This document shows positions 16,741 through 25,616 of a stretch of 64,000 nt of DNA, piece after piece. The notes below the pieces were generated by a model that was given only the letters and a program-made list of their open reading frames with translations, was not told where the DNA came from and ran no database searches. This DNA is from Chthoniobacter flavus (GTDB lineage: Bacteria > Verrucomicrobiota > Verrucomicrobiia > Chthoniobacterales > JACTMZ01). The stretch covers positions 48,044 through 112,043 of the forward strand of contig CAMDUL010000004.1 of the NCBI GenBank assembly GCA_945878135.1, read 5' to 3'. Positions within the stretch are counted from its first letter, which is position 1. Every line of letters starts with the position of its first letter. Both the position numbers and the translations under genes were made by a program.

Positions 16741-17850
16741 TTACCCCTTGATCGCGTCACGAAATACGTCTTGGTAAAGGGTCGCCACTTGCGTGGCACA
16801 GCGCGCCCAGGTGAACCTCCCAGCACGTTCTTGACCTGCCGCCGACAACTTGAGCTGCAGGGACTTGTCGGAGAAAACCTGTCCAATAGCGACTGCCCAG
16901 TTCTCGGGACGAACAGGGTCGAGTAAGAGGCCAGCCTCGCCCACGACTTCGGGCAAGGAGGAAGCATTCGAGGCGAGCACCGGGCATCCTGAATGCATGG
17001 CCTCGAGGGGAGGCATGCCAAAGCCCTCGTAGCGGGACGGATAAACCAGGGCGATGGCATAGCGATACCATGTGGCTAGATCCTCGTCCGAGCATCGGGG
17101 CACAAACATCACTCGATCTCCCAGGACATGCTCCAGTTCAGCTGGTGTTGGCGTTTCGCCACCTAAGAAGACCAAGTGTAAACCCCGGCACAGAGGGCTC
17201 TGCATCACCTCGTAAAGAAGGGATGCGTTCTTATAGCCGCCCCGCTGGCCGACATAGAGAAGGTATGGCGACGCAAGAGGGGTTGCTGGTCGAGGCTTTC
17301 CCGGGAAGCTGGACCCGTGATGAACCACCGATGTCTTACCGGCGAGGTGAGGATGGAGCAACAGCAGGTCCTTCTCAGTATGCTTGGAAACGCAGATGAC
17401 GCGTGACGCAGCCGTCGCGGCTGCCAACTTCCTTGCCGGAGTAGGATCAGCAACCCCCGCCGGCAGCGGATAAAGCTCCGCGATCATGTCATGCACCGTC
17501 ACAAAAAGAGGTAGTCCAAGAGTTGTATCGATTGGGTGGTAATAAGTTGCGTGGTAAATATCTGGGTGAACAGAAGCGGCAAAACGCTTGAGGGCCAAGT
17601 TGTTGATGAAGGAAAAAGCGCGTTGTGGATATGCGCGGCACGGCAAACGTAATCCGGTGACCTGGACGCCAACGTCGCACAATGAGGCGAGCAGGCTGCT
17701 CGAGTGAAAGCCGGCAAATACCACCGGTTCGATCGAACCGGTGGCGTGCAATGCCCGGATAAGTTCAGTGAAATATCTGCTCACGCCGCCGACCGGCTGC
17801 ATGAGGAAAATACGGTGGTCAAAAAGGACCCGAATTTTACGGTGCTGCAT
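16741..17850 (-). CDS. glycosyltransferase family 4
   Basis: ALVYPSRYEGFGMPPLEAMHSGCPVLASNASSLPEVVGEAGLLLDP. Confidence 0.85.
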   Translation of the reverse strand: MQHRKIRVLFDHRIFLMQPVGGVSRYFTELIRALHATGSIEPVVFAGFHSSSLLASLCDVGVQVTGLRLPCRAYPQRAFSFINNLALKRFAASVHPDIYHATYYHPIDTTLGLPLFVTVHDMIAELYPLPAGVADPTPARKLAAATAASRVICVSKHTEKDLLLLHPHLAGKTSVVHHGSSFPGKPRPATPLASPYLLYVGQRGGYKNASLLYEVMQSPLCRGLHLVFLGGETPTPAELEHVLGDRVMFVPRCSDEDLATWYRYAIALVYPSRYEGFGMPPLEAMHSGCPVLASNASSLPEVVGEAGLLLDPVRPENWAVAIGQVFSDKSLQLKLSAAGQERAGRFTWARCATQVATLYQDVFRDAIKG

Positions 17851-17867
17851 CGTAAGCCACGCGCCGC

Positions 17868-18632
17868 CTACAAGGACGTAAGAAACTCCCGCTTCACCCA
17901 GAGAGCATCCATTTGCACAGCCCGCCCGGCTTTGTCATGCAGGCAGGGGTAAGTGTTTTTGAGCACTAATCCACAGTCGCCCTCGAGTAATGCCCGGATT
18001 TCGCCGAAGGAACTCTGGCCCTTATACATGCTCCCAAGCATGACCTCGCCGTAAAAGGCGGCGCAGTGGTCGCGGATAAAGTCCATGCCCCCCTGGATAA
18101 CCAGACCCTCCGCACCTTGGGTGTCGCATTTAATGATGCATGGCCCTGTTGTATGATGCTCGGCGGCCCAACTATTCAGGGTTCGGGTCTCGACCTCGCA
18201 TGAACCTACCGGAGTAGTATCCTCGGTAAACGAGTCAAGGTTCCCAGCGTCATTGTCCAAGAGTGAGGAGGTTTGCTCGTTCTTGTTGAGGTAAAATCGA
18301 GCCTGGCCATTCGTGTTCGAGAGCGCCAACTGGTAAAAGTTGATGCGGGGATACGGCTGCAGCAAACGCTTGGCCTTCTCGATGTTTTCACCAAACGGAT
18401 CAAAAGCAGCCACCGGGCAAGAAACTCCTGATTCGATAAAGCGAAGAAGGGTGTCTCCGTGGTGACAACCAATATCAAGAAACAGTCGGGCGTTTGACGC
18501 GCGGACAACGTGTGCGAGGCCGTAAAAAGGGTCCGAGTATCCAGCCACGGACTGCAGACGAGCCCGGAACCCGCGAAGTAAGCGACGCAACGGGCTAAAG
18601 CGAAGGAGGTAGAGGTAAGTACCTTTGATCAT
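17868..18632 (-). CDS. FkbM-family methyltransferase
   Basis: FLDIGCHHGDTLLRF...ALSNTNGQARFYLN...IIKCDTQGAEGLVIQGG. The ATG at 18632 overlaps the upstream stop (ATGA). Confidence 0.8.
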   Translation of the reverse strand: MIKGTYLYLLRFSPLRRLLRGFRARLQSVAGYSDPFYGLAHVVRASNARLFLDIGCHHGDTLLRFIESGVSCPVAAFDPFGENIEKAKRLLQPYPRINFYQLALSNTNGQARFYLNKNEQTSSLLDNDAGNLDSFTEDTTPVGSCEVETRTLNSWAAEHHTTGPCIIKCDTQGAEGLVIQGGMDFIRDHCAAFYGEVMLGSMYKGQSSFGEIRALLEGDCGLVLKNTYPCLHDKAGRAVQMDALWVKREFLTSL

Positions 18633-19903
18633 AGATTGGAAGACTCCGGGGCTTGGAGGCCGAGAAAATCGAGTGCACGTGCCGCCACATTGACAGCGTG
18701 AAACTCGTTGCACCAGATGTGGCTGATACGTATGGGCTCGCGTTGCCCCGTGTCCCAAGCTTCCGCTTCAAGCTGCAAGGCCTCGGCCAGTGAATCGGCA
18801 TCCATCCCAAGAGCCAGACGCCCGCTCTCCCGGCTTACATAATGATGGAAGCAACTAAGAGTTCCGGAGTTGCCCGCTACAACGGAGCATCCACAGCATA
18901 AAGCTTGTGCACCCGTTCCGATCTGGCCCTCGCTGCGGGAAGACCAGCAAGCAATCTTGGCCCTATTGTAAAAGGGGACGAGGTCGTCTGGTTGGAGGAA
19001 GTCGATGAACTCGCATCGGCTCAAGCTAGCTGATTGGGATTTGCCGAGGGCGGCAGCAAGACCGCTTGCTCCTTTGCCTACGATGCATGCCTTCCAATCC
19101 GGACGCGCCGAGAGAAACCTCTCAAAAGCATCCAGCAGAACGGCAGGGTTTTTCTGCACCCAGTCTTCCTTCTCCCATCGGGCAACAGAAAGGAGCAGAT
19201 TTTCCTTGCCCTCTCGACTGTAAGTGAACACGCGCATTTGCGGGTGCGGTAGATACCGAATTTTCGGCACCAAGTGTGGCTTCCCAAGACCGAGCGCCTC
19301 CCTCTGCAGCCATAGGGTAGCCAATGGTGAAACCCCGCAGACCACCGTTGCCGCCTCGTATGTGTTTAAGCGGGCACGCGCTACACGACGGATGCCGAAG
19401 TTGTCGAAAATGTCGGATATAAATCGAGCTGCCTCAAGCGGGGACGTCGCCTTCGTCCAAAGGTAGGAAAGCAAGTCACGTCTCCACAACCGCGGGTTTG
19501 CTGATCTGGAAACCAAACCGCACGAGTCAACGTTCACCAAGAAAGGAATGCCAGCACTCTGGACTGCCTTCGCAATAGAAAGATAGCGAGGCGCGGCCCA
19601 GCTGTAGAGAATGAGTCCATCAAGTTCTAGGCCGCGCCAGAAGTCAGCACTTTCAAGTTGCGGATAAGGGACGCGCAGCAAGGATTGCGCATCGTCTTGC
19701 TTCGCGGGTCCCGGCATGACTGATCTGCTGTCTATCCCCAGAGCAGCCAACCCTTTGGAAAACAAGCCGCTCTCTCTGGTAAAAAACCATGAGTCACCCC
19801 GAAAACACATTGGGGTTGAGGTGTAGACCCGCAGTGGTCGTTTACCTGATAGTGATGATGATTTCTCGTTCAATTTATTCAGAAGGAGTAGTCCCGCAAT
19901 CAC
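18629..19903 (-). CDS. glycosyltransferase, GT-B (GT4-like), divergent
   Basis: C-terminal half reads FLQPDDLVPFYNRAKIACWSSRSEGQIGTGAQALCCGCSVVAG. GTG start at 19903 is uncertain. Confidence 0.55.
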   Translation of the reverse strand: MIAGLLLLNKLNEKSSSLSGKRPLRVYTSTPMCFRGDSWFFTRESGLFSKGLAALGIDSRSVMPGPAKQDDAQSLLRVPYPQLESADFWRGLELDGLILYSWAAPRYLSIAKAVQSAGIPFLVNVDSCGLVSRSANPRLWRRDLLSYLWTKATSPLEAARFISDIFDNFGIRRVARARLNTYEAATVVCGVSPLATLWLQREALGLGKPHLVPKIRYLPHPQMRVFTYSREGKENLLLSVARWEKEDWVQKNPAVLLDAFERFLSARPDWKACIVGKGASGLAAALGKSQSASLSRCEFIDFLQPDDLVPFYNRAKIACWSSRSEGQIGTGAQALCCGCSVVAGNSGTLSCFHHYVSRESGRLALGMDADSLAEALQLEAEAWDTGQREPIRISHIWCNEFHAVNVAARALDFLGLQAPESSNL

Positions 19904-19936
19904 TGGTTATAAACAATATGTAGCAATCAAGCCTGC

Positions 19937-20290
19937 CTACAGAACCCATGGATAATCCAAAGAAGGTTGCTGGCCGTGCATCAATCCCAAGCGCATCTGT
20001 CGAATAGCTGAACACGCTGACTTGTCCAAGGGTCTTAGCAATCGGGTATTATCTAGACGCTGCCCATCTACATAGAACAAGTCCATCCAAAGACAAGCTG
20101 CGCCAGAAATCCGCGGATTCCAGTTCCGCATAGGCTACTCGCCTGAGCAGCGGATCTCTGTCCTCGACAGGCGGTCCTGGAAGAAGAGTCCGAGTGTCGA
20201 CCCCAAGCATGCCGAGCCCTTCGCATAGCAGGCCACTTTCGCGACTGAAAGAGTATCACCCCCGCGAAACCGAACGTGTGTGGACAAGTA
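19937..20290 (-). pseudogene. decayed partial duplicate of the N-terminal part of the adjacent glycosyltransferase (18629-19903)
   Basis: Reading across frames gives YLSTHVRFRGGD / PYAELESADFWRSLSLDGLVLCRWAASR-stop / YPIAKTLGQ. The intact gene reads VYTSTPMCFRGD / PYPQLESADFWRGLELDGLILYSWAAPRY / LSIAKAVQ. The copy has stops and frameshifts. Confidence 0.7.
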
Positions 20291-20295
20291 GACAC

Positions 20296-21051
20296 TCATA
20301 AGCGGGACGCTCCAGATCTGTGCGTTCGAACAAACGCGAAGACCGCATGCTTGACTTCCGCTAGGGCAAAACCTTCGCTTTGCAGTGCCTCTACAAAGTA
20401 TTTTCTTTTGATATCATCGCCATGGACTTCGGCCACTATTGCCTGGCAATTCATAAGACTGGGAGCATCCCTTGCTACAAGATCAAACTCACTTCCCTCT
20501 ATATCCATGACGAGCGAAAAGTCTCCTAACTCGTGCTTTTGAATAATTTTGGCCAATGTTATGCATGGCGTCAAAATACCGCTAGGGTTCCCTTCTTCGG
20601 CCACCTTACCGCGCACGTGCTCTCCGTGTTCGGCAAAGTTTACGTAGTCGCCTTGGTAATGCACGGCGCCGTGAATCGCCTCAAACCGAGATGAATGCCC
20701 GGCGGCAGCAACATTTACCCTCGACAATTCCAGCAGCGATTCAGAAGCCTCGACAGCCACAAGACGCTTTGTAGGCTCCAACTTGTGAAGAATGAGACGA
20801 CTGATAATGCCTATGCTGCAGCCCAGTTCAATGCAATCCTTGTCACGGGGTAACCAACGTTGAATCAAGATCCGCTCGGGATACTCGTATACTCCAAAAA
20901 TAATTGCGCCTGCGATATCGGCTTTGGCCTCAGAAGGCAAAGCAACAGGTCCAGCGCAATCGAAGCACCGATGTCGAAAAACCCAACCCGTTAAAATCCC
21001 AACAGGCCCAGTGGTCAAAAGCCAATAAATAAAGCCGCGCAAATGATTCAT
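20296..21051 (-). CDS. FkbM-family / class I SAM-dependent methyltransferase
   Basis: CIELGCSIGIISRLIL...LVAVEASESLLELSRVNV...VMDIEGSEFDLV. Confidence 0.75.
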   Translation of the reverse strand: MNHLRGFIYWLLTTGPVGILTGWVFRHRCFDCAGPVALPSEAKADIAGAIIFGVYEYPERILIQRWLPRDKDCIELGCSIGIISRLILHKLEPTKRLVAVEASESLLELSRVNVAAAGHSSRFEAIHGAVHYQGDYVNFAEHGEHVRGKVAEEGNPSGILTPCITLAKIIQKHELGDFSLVMDIEGSEFDLVARDAPSLMNCQAIVAEVHGDDIKRKYFVEALQSEGFALAEVKHAVFAFVRTHRSGASRL

Positions 21052-21165
21052 GAATTAATGCCAATTAGTATGTAAACGCTTTGCTGTTTATTTTAGACGG
21101 CTTTTACCGTGTCAGCTAAAGCAAGCTATACTCTGCAATATTGCGTGGCAATTCCAAAACACTGA

Positions 21166-22086
21166 TTAACTTTTCGTAAGGATATGAGCAGTTTCCCGCG
21201 CCGCAGATAAAGGTGAACACGTTTTCTCCCACCAGTCCCGCGTGGCTGAAGCGATGCTGTGCAATCTGTTATTGTCGGCAATAAGACTCGTAAGTATCTT
21301 GTGAATGCCCCGCCAATTGTCCAACTGGATGATCGGGCTATTTGTATAATAAGGGGATACAGGCAAAGTCTTGGAAACTACAACACAGCCAAGTTTCATA
21401 GCCTCAAAGTGGCGCATCGTCTCATTAGTGATGAAACCAGGAGGGCAAAGACAAATCTTACTCTTGGCTAAGACTTCAGCATACTCCCGACGCGTGAGCC
21501 CCGTGGCGAACCCGCCATTAAATCTGATGAATGATGACGGAAGCGAGTGAATGTCATGAGAGATAGCACGCAGGCCTTTGCTGAACAGAGATAAACTGCA
21601 TGTTGCTGCCGTTCCTAGAGTAGACGAAGGTAGAATATCTAAGGTGGGAAATTTTAGACGGAGAAACAACGGGGCCCTTTGCCGATTCAAGTTACCCGAA
21701 AAAAAAACCTGATAGTCGCGGCGATCAAACTCGATTAGGTCCGTGTGCAAAACGGCGGAAGCACCAAACAATGGAAAAGCGTGAACGTTGATCGGACATG
21801 GGTCCGGCAAGGCATAGCACTTAAAGACATGTTCGAATTTCGCAGCAGCATCGTCGGCTGGTCCGCTACTCTCGTCGCTGAACCAGATGAGAACGTGGCC
21901 TTTGCCAAAGCAAGGGAGTTGGAGTGGTCGCACGGCCAGATTGTGGTGTAGCAAATGAAAGGTCCACTTGCGGAACCCTTCGCCTAGGAACACGCTGAGG
22001 TGCTGGAAATACTCTTCCAGATGAGCAGCCTCGAAACCACCACGCCAATTGCCTCCAGTCGGCTCGGTTGCAACATTACTGAACAT
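21166..22086 (-). CDS. exostosin-like (GT47-like) glycosyltransferase, putative
   Basis: YAEVLAKSKICLCPPGFITNETMRHFEAMKLGCVVVS resembles the exostosin C-terminal motif. Confidence 0.5.
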   Translation of the reverse strand: MFSNVATEPTGGNWRGGFEAAHLEEYFQHLSVFLGEGFRKWTFHLLHHNLAVRPLQLPCFGKGHVLIWFSDESSGPADDAAAKFEHVFKCYALPDPCPINVHAFPLFGASAVLHTDLIEFDRRDYQVFFSGNLNRQRAPLFLRLKFPTLDILPSSTLGTAATCSLSLFSKGLRAISHDIHSLPSSFIRFNGGFATGLTRREYAEVLAKSKICLCPPGFITNETMRHFEAMKLGCVVVSKTLPVSPYYTNSPIIQLDNWRGIHKILTSLIADNNRLHSIASATRDWWEKTCSPLSAARETAHILTKS

Positions 22087-22127
22087 CGTGACGAGATTTC
22101 CGGGAACGCTGGGACGTGTTCCAGCAC

Positions 22128-23390
22128 TTACTCCGAGCGATCATAGCTCCTTGAGGCTAAGGCGTAGGCCTTCGCTAGTGTCTTCTGCAAGTGGCATGCA
22201 AGATAGCTTTGACGGATTTCGGTTACGGCGTGTCGCGAAAGATGGCTGGTGCATTTCTCGTCCCTCCATAATCGTTCAAGCTCGGTAGCAATCTCGTTGA
22301 TTGTTGCCTCCGGGGTCTTGAGCGAAAGGACCACGCCAAATCTACTCTTCACGATATCACCAGGGCCACCATTGCATAGCACGAGCGGCACACAGCCCGC
22401 AGCCATAGCCTCAAGCAAGGTAATTGGTGAGTTATCACGAAGACTTGGAAACGCAAAAACATGGGATGAACGAAGTGCGCTATAGAATGCGGACGTGGAC
22501 AGCGTAGGCTGAAAAGTGACATGGGAGCACAAATCAAGCTGCCTCACGAGGAGTTTGAGGGTGTCCAGCTCCAAACCTTGTCCACCAATTACGAGGTGGA
22601 TGGGTATTTGTGCAATGAAGACTAGCTTGTGTACAGCATGCAACAGAAGTCGGTATCCCTTACGATCTTCCATTGAGCCTCCTGTAAAAATTCTCAGTGC
22701 TTCTGGTGTTCGCTGGCTGGTTGCGGATTGGATTGTATCGAAAGCATCCTGCGTCAAAATATTCTGCTGAAATAATATGGGTTTTGTCCTCCCCATTCGT
22801 TTGAGCATCGACCCTGTCTGGTGGTTAGTGCAGATGATCACATCGACACTTCGTACGGCTCTACGTATTGAGGGATGAAACCGCATAAGACCAGTGTTCA
22901 GCGAGCGGAAGATCTCGAAAGCAAGGGTTTTCCTGCCCACGGCGTTCGCATAGCTCCAAGGGAACGTTTCTCCTCCTCCTATCGGACCCCAGACGGTTGG
23001 TGCGCCCAATCCGTGGTAGGGCATGCCGTAACGCCAGGACGCGATAGTCGTCTGATGTATTATGTCTACGCGTGTCGAGGAACATGACTCCTTAACTAGC
23101 CGGTAAAAGGCCCTGAGGTCGTAACGGGCTTTGAGGCTCTGGTTGAGGCGGACTGCAAGTGGATGTTTAACTTTTAGATCCCATTGGGTTCCAGAATCCC
23201 GAATCTCCGTAAGCTTTGGTGGGTTAAATCCATTACGGTGCCCCCATCTAACTTCGCTGGCGCATAGCGGTGTTGTGAGCAACGTTACTCGGGAATCCTC
23301 AGGAACGCTGTTCAGGCAGGACCATCCGACGTAGCCCTCGGAGCCCCATCGCGGTGACACGGCTGATGCAACCATTAAAATGTTTCTCAC
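22128..23390 (-). CDS. glycosyltransferase family 4
   Basis: VFAFPSLRDNSPITLLEAMAAGCVPLVLCNGGPGDIV. GTG at 23390, or ATG at 23375. Confidence 0.8.
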   Translation of the reverse strand: MRNILMVASAVSPRWGSEGYVGWSCLNSVPEDSRVTLLTTPLCASEVRWGHRNGFNPPKLTEIRDSGTQWDLKVKHPLAVRLNQSLKARYDLRAFYRLVKESCSSTRVDIIHQTTIASWRYGMPYHGLGAPTVWGPIGGGETFPWSYANAVGRKTLAFEIFRSLNTGLMRFHPSIRRAVRSVDVIICTNHQTGSMLKRMGRTKPILFQQNILTQDAFDTIQSATSQRTPEALRIFTGGSMEDRKGYRLLLHAVHKLVFIAQIPIHLVIGGQGLELDTLKLLVRQLDLCSHVTFQPTLSTSAFYSALRSSHVFAFPSLRDNSPITLLEAMAAGCVPLVLCNGGPGDIVKSRFGVVLSLKTPEATINEIATELERLWRDEKCTSHLSRHAVTEIRQSYLACHLQKTLAKAYALASRSYDRSE

Positions 23391-23699
23391 GTGATGCTGT
23401 CGCTCAAATTAGTGATGCTGTAAACACCGTTGCTGATCTTGATCGAGACTGGGTGGTCTCTCATATCTCCTGCACGTTCGACGCAAATTATCTTTAGATA
23501 TTTTGGTGCTGTCTGTACTACTTTTAGTTAAAATCTCCTGAATTGATCCGGTTAAGCGGTTAAGGGGCTAGAAAGGGATAAAACGAATTGCGAAATCACA
23601 AGCTGGTGAAATTGGGCCGAGTGCAGATTATAGGCCGTAGGTTTTTAGTTACCTTGGCAACAATACCTCTCTAGACGGGTCAGCGGCGCAGCAGTCGTG

Positions 23700-23783
23700 C
23701 CGGCAGTTGCGTCGGGTGATAGGGATGACGGTGAATCTGTAGCCGCGGACGATGGGTTTGAGGAGAAGTTCGACTGAAACGCG
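23700..23783 (-). pseudogene. internal fragment of a GT2 gene, truncated at the low-GC island boundary
   Basis: VELLLKPIVRGYRFTVIPITRRN against intact VELPLKAIVRGYSFTVIPITWRN (24.3 kb). Similarity ends where GC content drops. Confidence 0.75.
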
Positions 23784-23805
23784 GAAACGAGGAAATACTT
23801 AAGAT

Positions 23806-24193
23806 GCCCTAAAGAAGTATGCTGCGCGCTTAACAGAGTGAAGGGTCAAGTTACGGTCTTTTTGTAGTCACCTCGCGAAAAATATTTTTCGAGCCAGACA
23901 AACGGCTCAGCTGCGGTGACGAGTGGCCTGGTGAAGTAGGCTTTGCACTTCACGGGCCAAGTGAAAGTGAAAGGGATGCGCGCCACGCGCGCAGTAACAA
24001 GTGGCTAGTGGCTGGTGGCGGGTAGCTGGTTACTGAACCGGAACGAAGTGGAGATAGCCGCAGGCAAACTTGAGGCCTGAGGGAGCCTTTGCTATCGCAA
24101 TTTGCGATGTCAAAGATTCGAGCTCTTGTTTGCTAAGCTGGAAACGAAAGTCCTTGCGAAAGTGGGCTTGGTCGCACTTCACGGGCTCAAGCG
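23806..24193 (+). repeat. H-box mosaic block M1
   Basis: H-box copies at 23813-23834 (degenerate), 23931-23953 and 24162-24182 (half). Also GTGAAAGTGAAAGGG, CTGAACCGGAACGAAGTGGAGATAG (24033-24057) and the small palindrome ATCGCAATTTGCGAT. Confidence 0.85.
23846..23899 (-). pseudogene. remnant of a GT2 3' terminus
   Basis: VWLEKYFSRGDYKKTVT-stop against intact VWLEKYFSRGDYRKTAA-stop (24194-24247). Confidence 0.75.
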
Positions 24194-25147
24194 TCAAGCC
24201 GCGGTCTTTCGGTAGTCGCCGCGAGAGAAATACTTCTCCAACCATACATAGAGGACGATGAAGAGGTAGCGGCTGCCCATTTCTTTGATTTTGAGTTTGG
24301 CTAGGCCGGTGCGGCGGTTGCGCCAGGTGATGGGGATGACGGTGAAACTGTAGCCGCGGACGATGGCCTTCAGGGGGAGTTCGACCGTGACGTTGAAATG
24401 CGGGGCAAGAATTGGCCGGATGCCGTCGATGACTTCTTTGCGGTAGGCTTTGAAGGCGTTGGTCGTGTCGTTCAAGCCGTGACGGAAAAGGAAGCGCACG
24501 AAGGCGTTGGCCAGGCGGTTCATGAAGAGCTTGATCGGCGGGTAGTCGATGGTGCCGCCTCCCTTCATGAAGCGGCTGCCGAAGACGCAGTCGTAGCCTT
24601 CGTTGAGCTTTTTCCAATACCGGACGACATCGCGGCAGTCGTCGCTCTCGTCGGCCATGAAGATGACCGCTGCGTCGCCGTTCATGGCGTCGAGGCCGAG
24701 GGTGATGGCGCGGCCGAAGCCCTTGGGGCCGGGATTTTGCACGCAGTGTAGAATCCTGTGACGAGGGTCGAGTGACGAGTGAGGAGTGGGTGTAGCTGGG
24801 GGCGGCCCGGTGAAGTATGCTTCGCACTGCACGGGCTGAAGGGGGGACTGGAGACCTGAGTCGGAAGCCTGAGTGACTGCGCCTTTGGCGCGGGTATCGC
24901 CAACCTCCGAATTTCTATCTTCCATCTTCCGCGGCACGCCGTTCAGCCGCGCTGCTTCTTCTTGGAGGATTGGCCAGGTGCGGTCTTTGGAGCCGTCGTC
25001 GACGACGATGATTTCGTGCGGGACGCCGCGGAGGTCCAACTCGAGATGCAGGTGCTCGACGGTGGACGCGATGCAGCCTTCCTCGTCACGCGCGGGGATG
25101 ATGACGGAGAGGAGCCGGAGAGGGGAATTTTTAACAGAAGGTAACAA
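24194..25147 (-). CDS. glycosyltransferase family 2, DPM1/GtrB-like (carries an in-frame repeat insertion)
   Basis: LLSVIIPARDEEGCIASTVEHL...HEIIVVDDGSKDRTW...NPGPKGFGRAITLGLDAMNGDAAVIFMADESDD...FGSRFMKGG...KLKIKEMGSRYLFIVLYVWLEKYFSRGDY. Confidence 0.85.
   Translation of the reverse strand: MLPSVKNSPLRLLSVIIPARDEEGCIASTVEHLHLELDLRGVPHEIIVVDDGSKDRTWPILQEEAARLNGVPRKMEDRNSEVGDTRAKGAVTQASDSGLQSPLQPVQCEAYFTGPPPATPTPHSSLDPRHRILHCVQNPGPKGFGRAITLGLDAMNGDAAVIFMADESDDCRDVVRYWKKLNEGYDCVFGSRFMKGGGTIDYPPIKLFMNRLANAFVRFLFRHGLNDTTNAFKAYRKEVIDGIRPILAPHFNVTVELPLKAIVRGYSFTVIPITWRNRRTGLAKLKIKEMGSRYLFIVLYVWLEKYFSRGDYRKTAA
24750..24925 (+). repeat. H-box mosaic segment inside the GT2 coding sequence (approximate limits, about 57 codons)
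   Basis: GTGACGAGGGTCGAGTGACGAGTGAGGAGTGGG, plus an H-box at 24810-24832 (22/23) followed by GGGCTGAAGGGG. Read on the minus strand in frame as ...LQPVQCEAYFTGPPPATPTPHSSLDPRHR... Confidence 0.8.
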
Positions 25148-25302
25148 AGTGAACGAAGGGGAGGGGCGCCCCGGTGAAGTATGCTGCGCGCTTCACAGGC
25201 CAAGTGAAGAGGGAAAGTGAAAGTGAAAGGGAGCCAGAGACCGGAGATCGGAGGTCGGCCCGGTGAAGTATGCTGCGCACTTCACGGGGTGAAGGAGAAA
25301 GG
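25148..25302 (+). repeat. H-box mosaic block M3
   Basis: Two H-boxes (25174-25196, 25263-25285) separated by AAGTGAAGAGGGAAAGTGAAAGTGAAAGGG. Confidence 0.9.
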
Positions 25303-25614
25303 TTAGGGGTCGTAGCGGGCTTCTTCCTCGGCTACGACCGGCGTGTTGGCGTGAGCTTGACGGGCCCATGCCGGCGCGGATCCGGTGAGCAATTGGTATA
25401 GGTATTCGGGCGAGAGATCGAAGCCGCATCTCCAGGCCAAGGTGGGCCATTCGTCGAGATAGAAGTCCGCGAATTTTCCGGGATCTCGAAGGTCCGCCGC
25501 CGCCTCGTATTTGCCGATGGTGTCGCGCAAATCAATGACACCGGAAAGGCCATCGCTGAACTCGATCGAGATCAGGTGGTCCTCAAGGTGTCGGGCGTTC
25601 TTAACTGATATCAT
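25303..25614 (-). CDS. DUF2442 domain protein
   Basis: MISVKNARHLEDHLISIEFSDGLSGVIDLRDTIGKYEAAADLRDPGKFADFYLDEWPTLAWRCGFDLSPEYLY. Confidence 0.8.
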   Translation of the reverse strand: MISVKNARHLEDHLISIEFSDGLSGVIDLRDTIGKYEAAADLRDPGKFADFYLDEWPTLAWRCGFDLSPEYLYQLLTGSAPAWARQAHANTPVVAEEEARYDP

Positions 25615-25616
25615 GC

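Noticed and set aside
24030-24827. ORFs that read through repeat blocks and share peptides such as EVRSILHRA, VKCEAYFTGP, SAFQPFS, LHFVPVQ (24030-24827, 25193-25450, 26066-26443, 27560-27844, 28592-28888, 5318-5713), and HCWTIGKLSNS / LTVGQLANCPTV through the P sites.
   Set aside because: The shared peptides are just translations of the DNA repeats in whichever frame is open. These ORFs overlap well-supported genes or lie in intergenic mosaic DNA. They are not a protein family.
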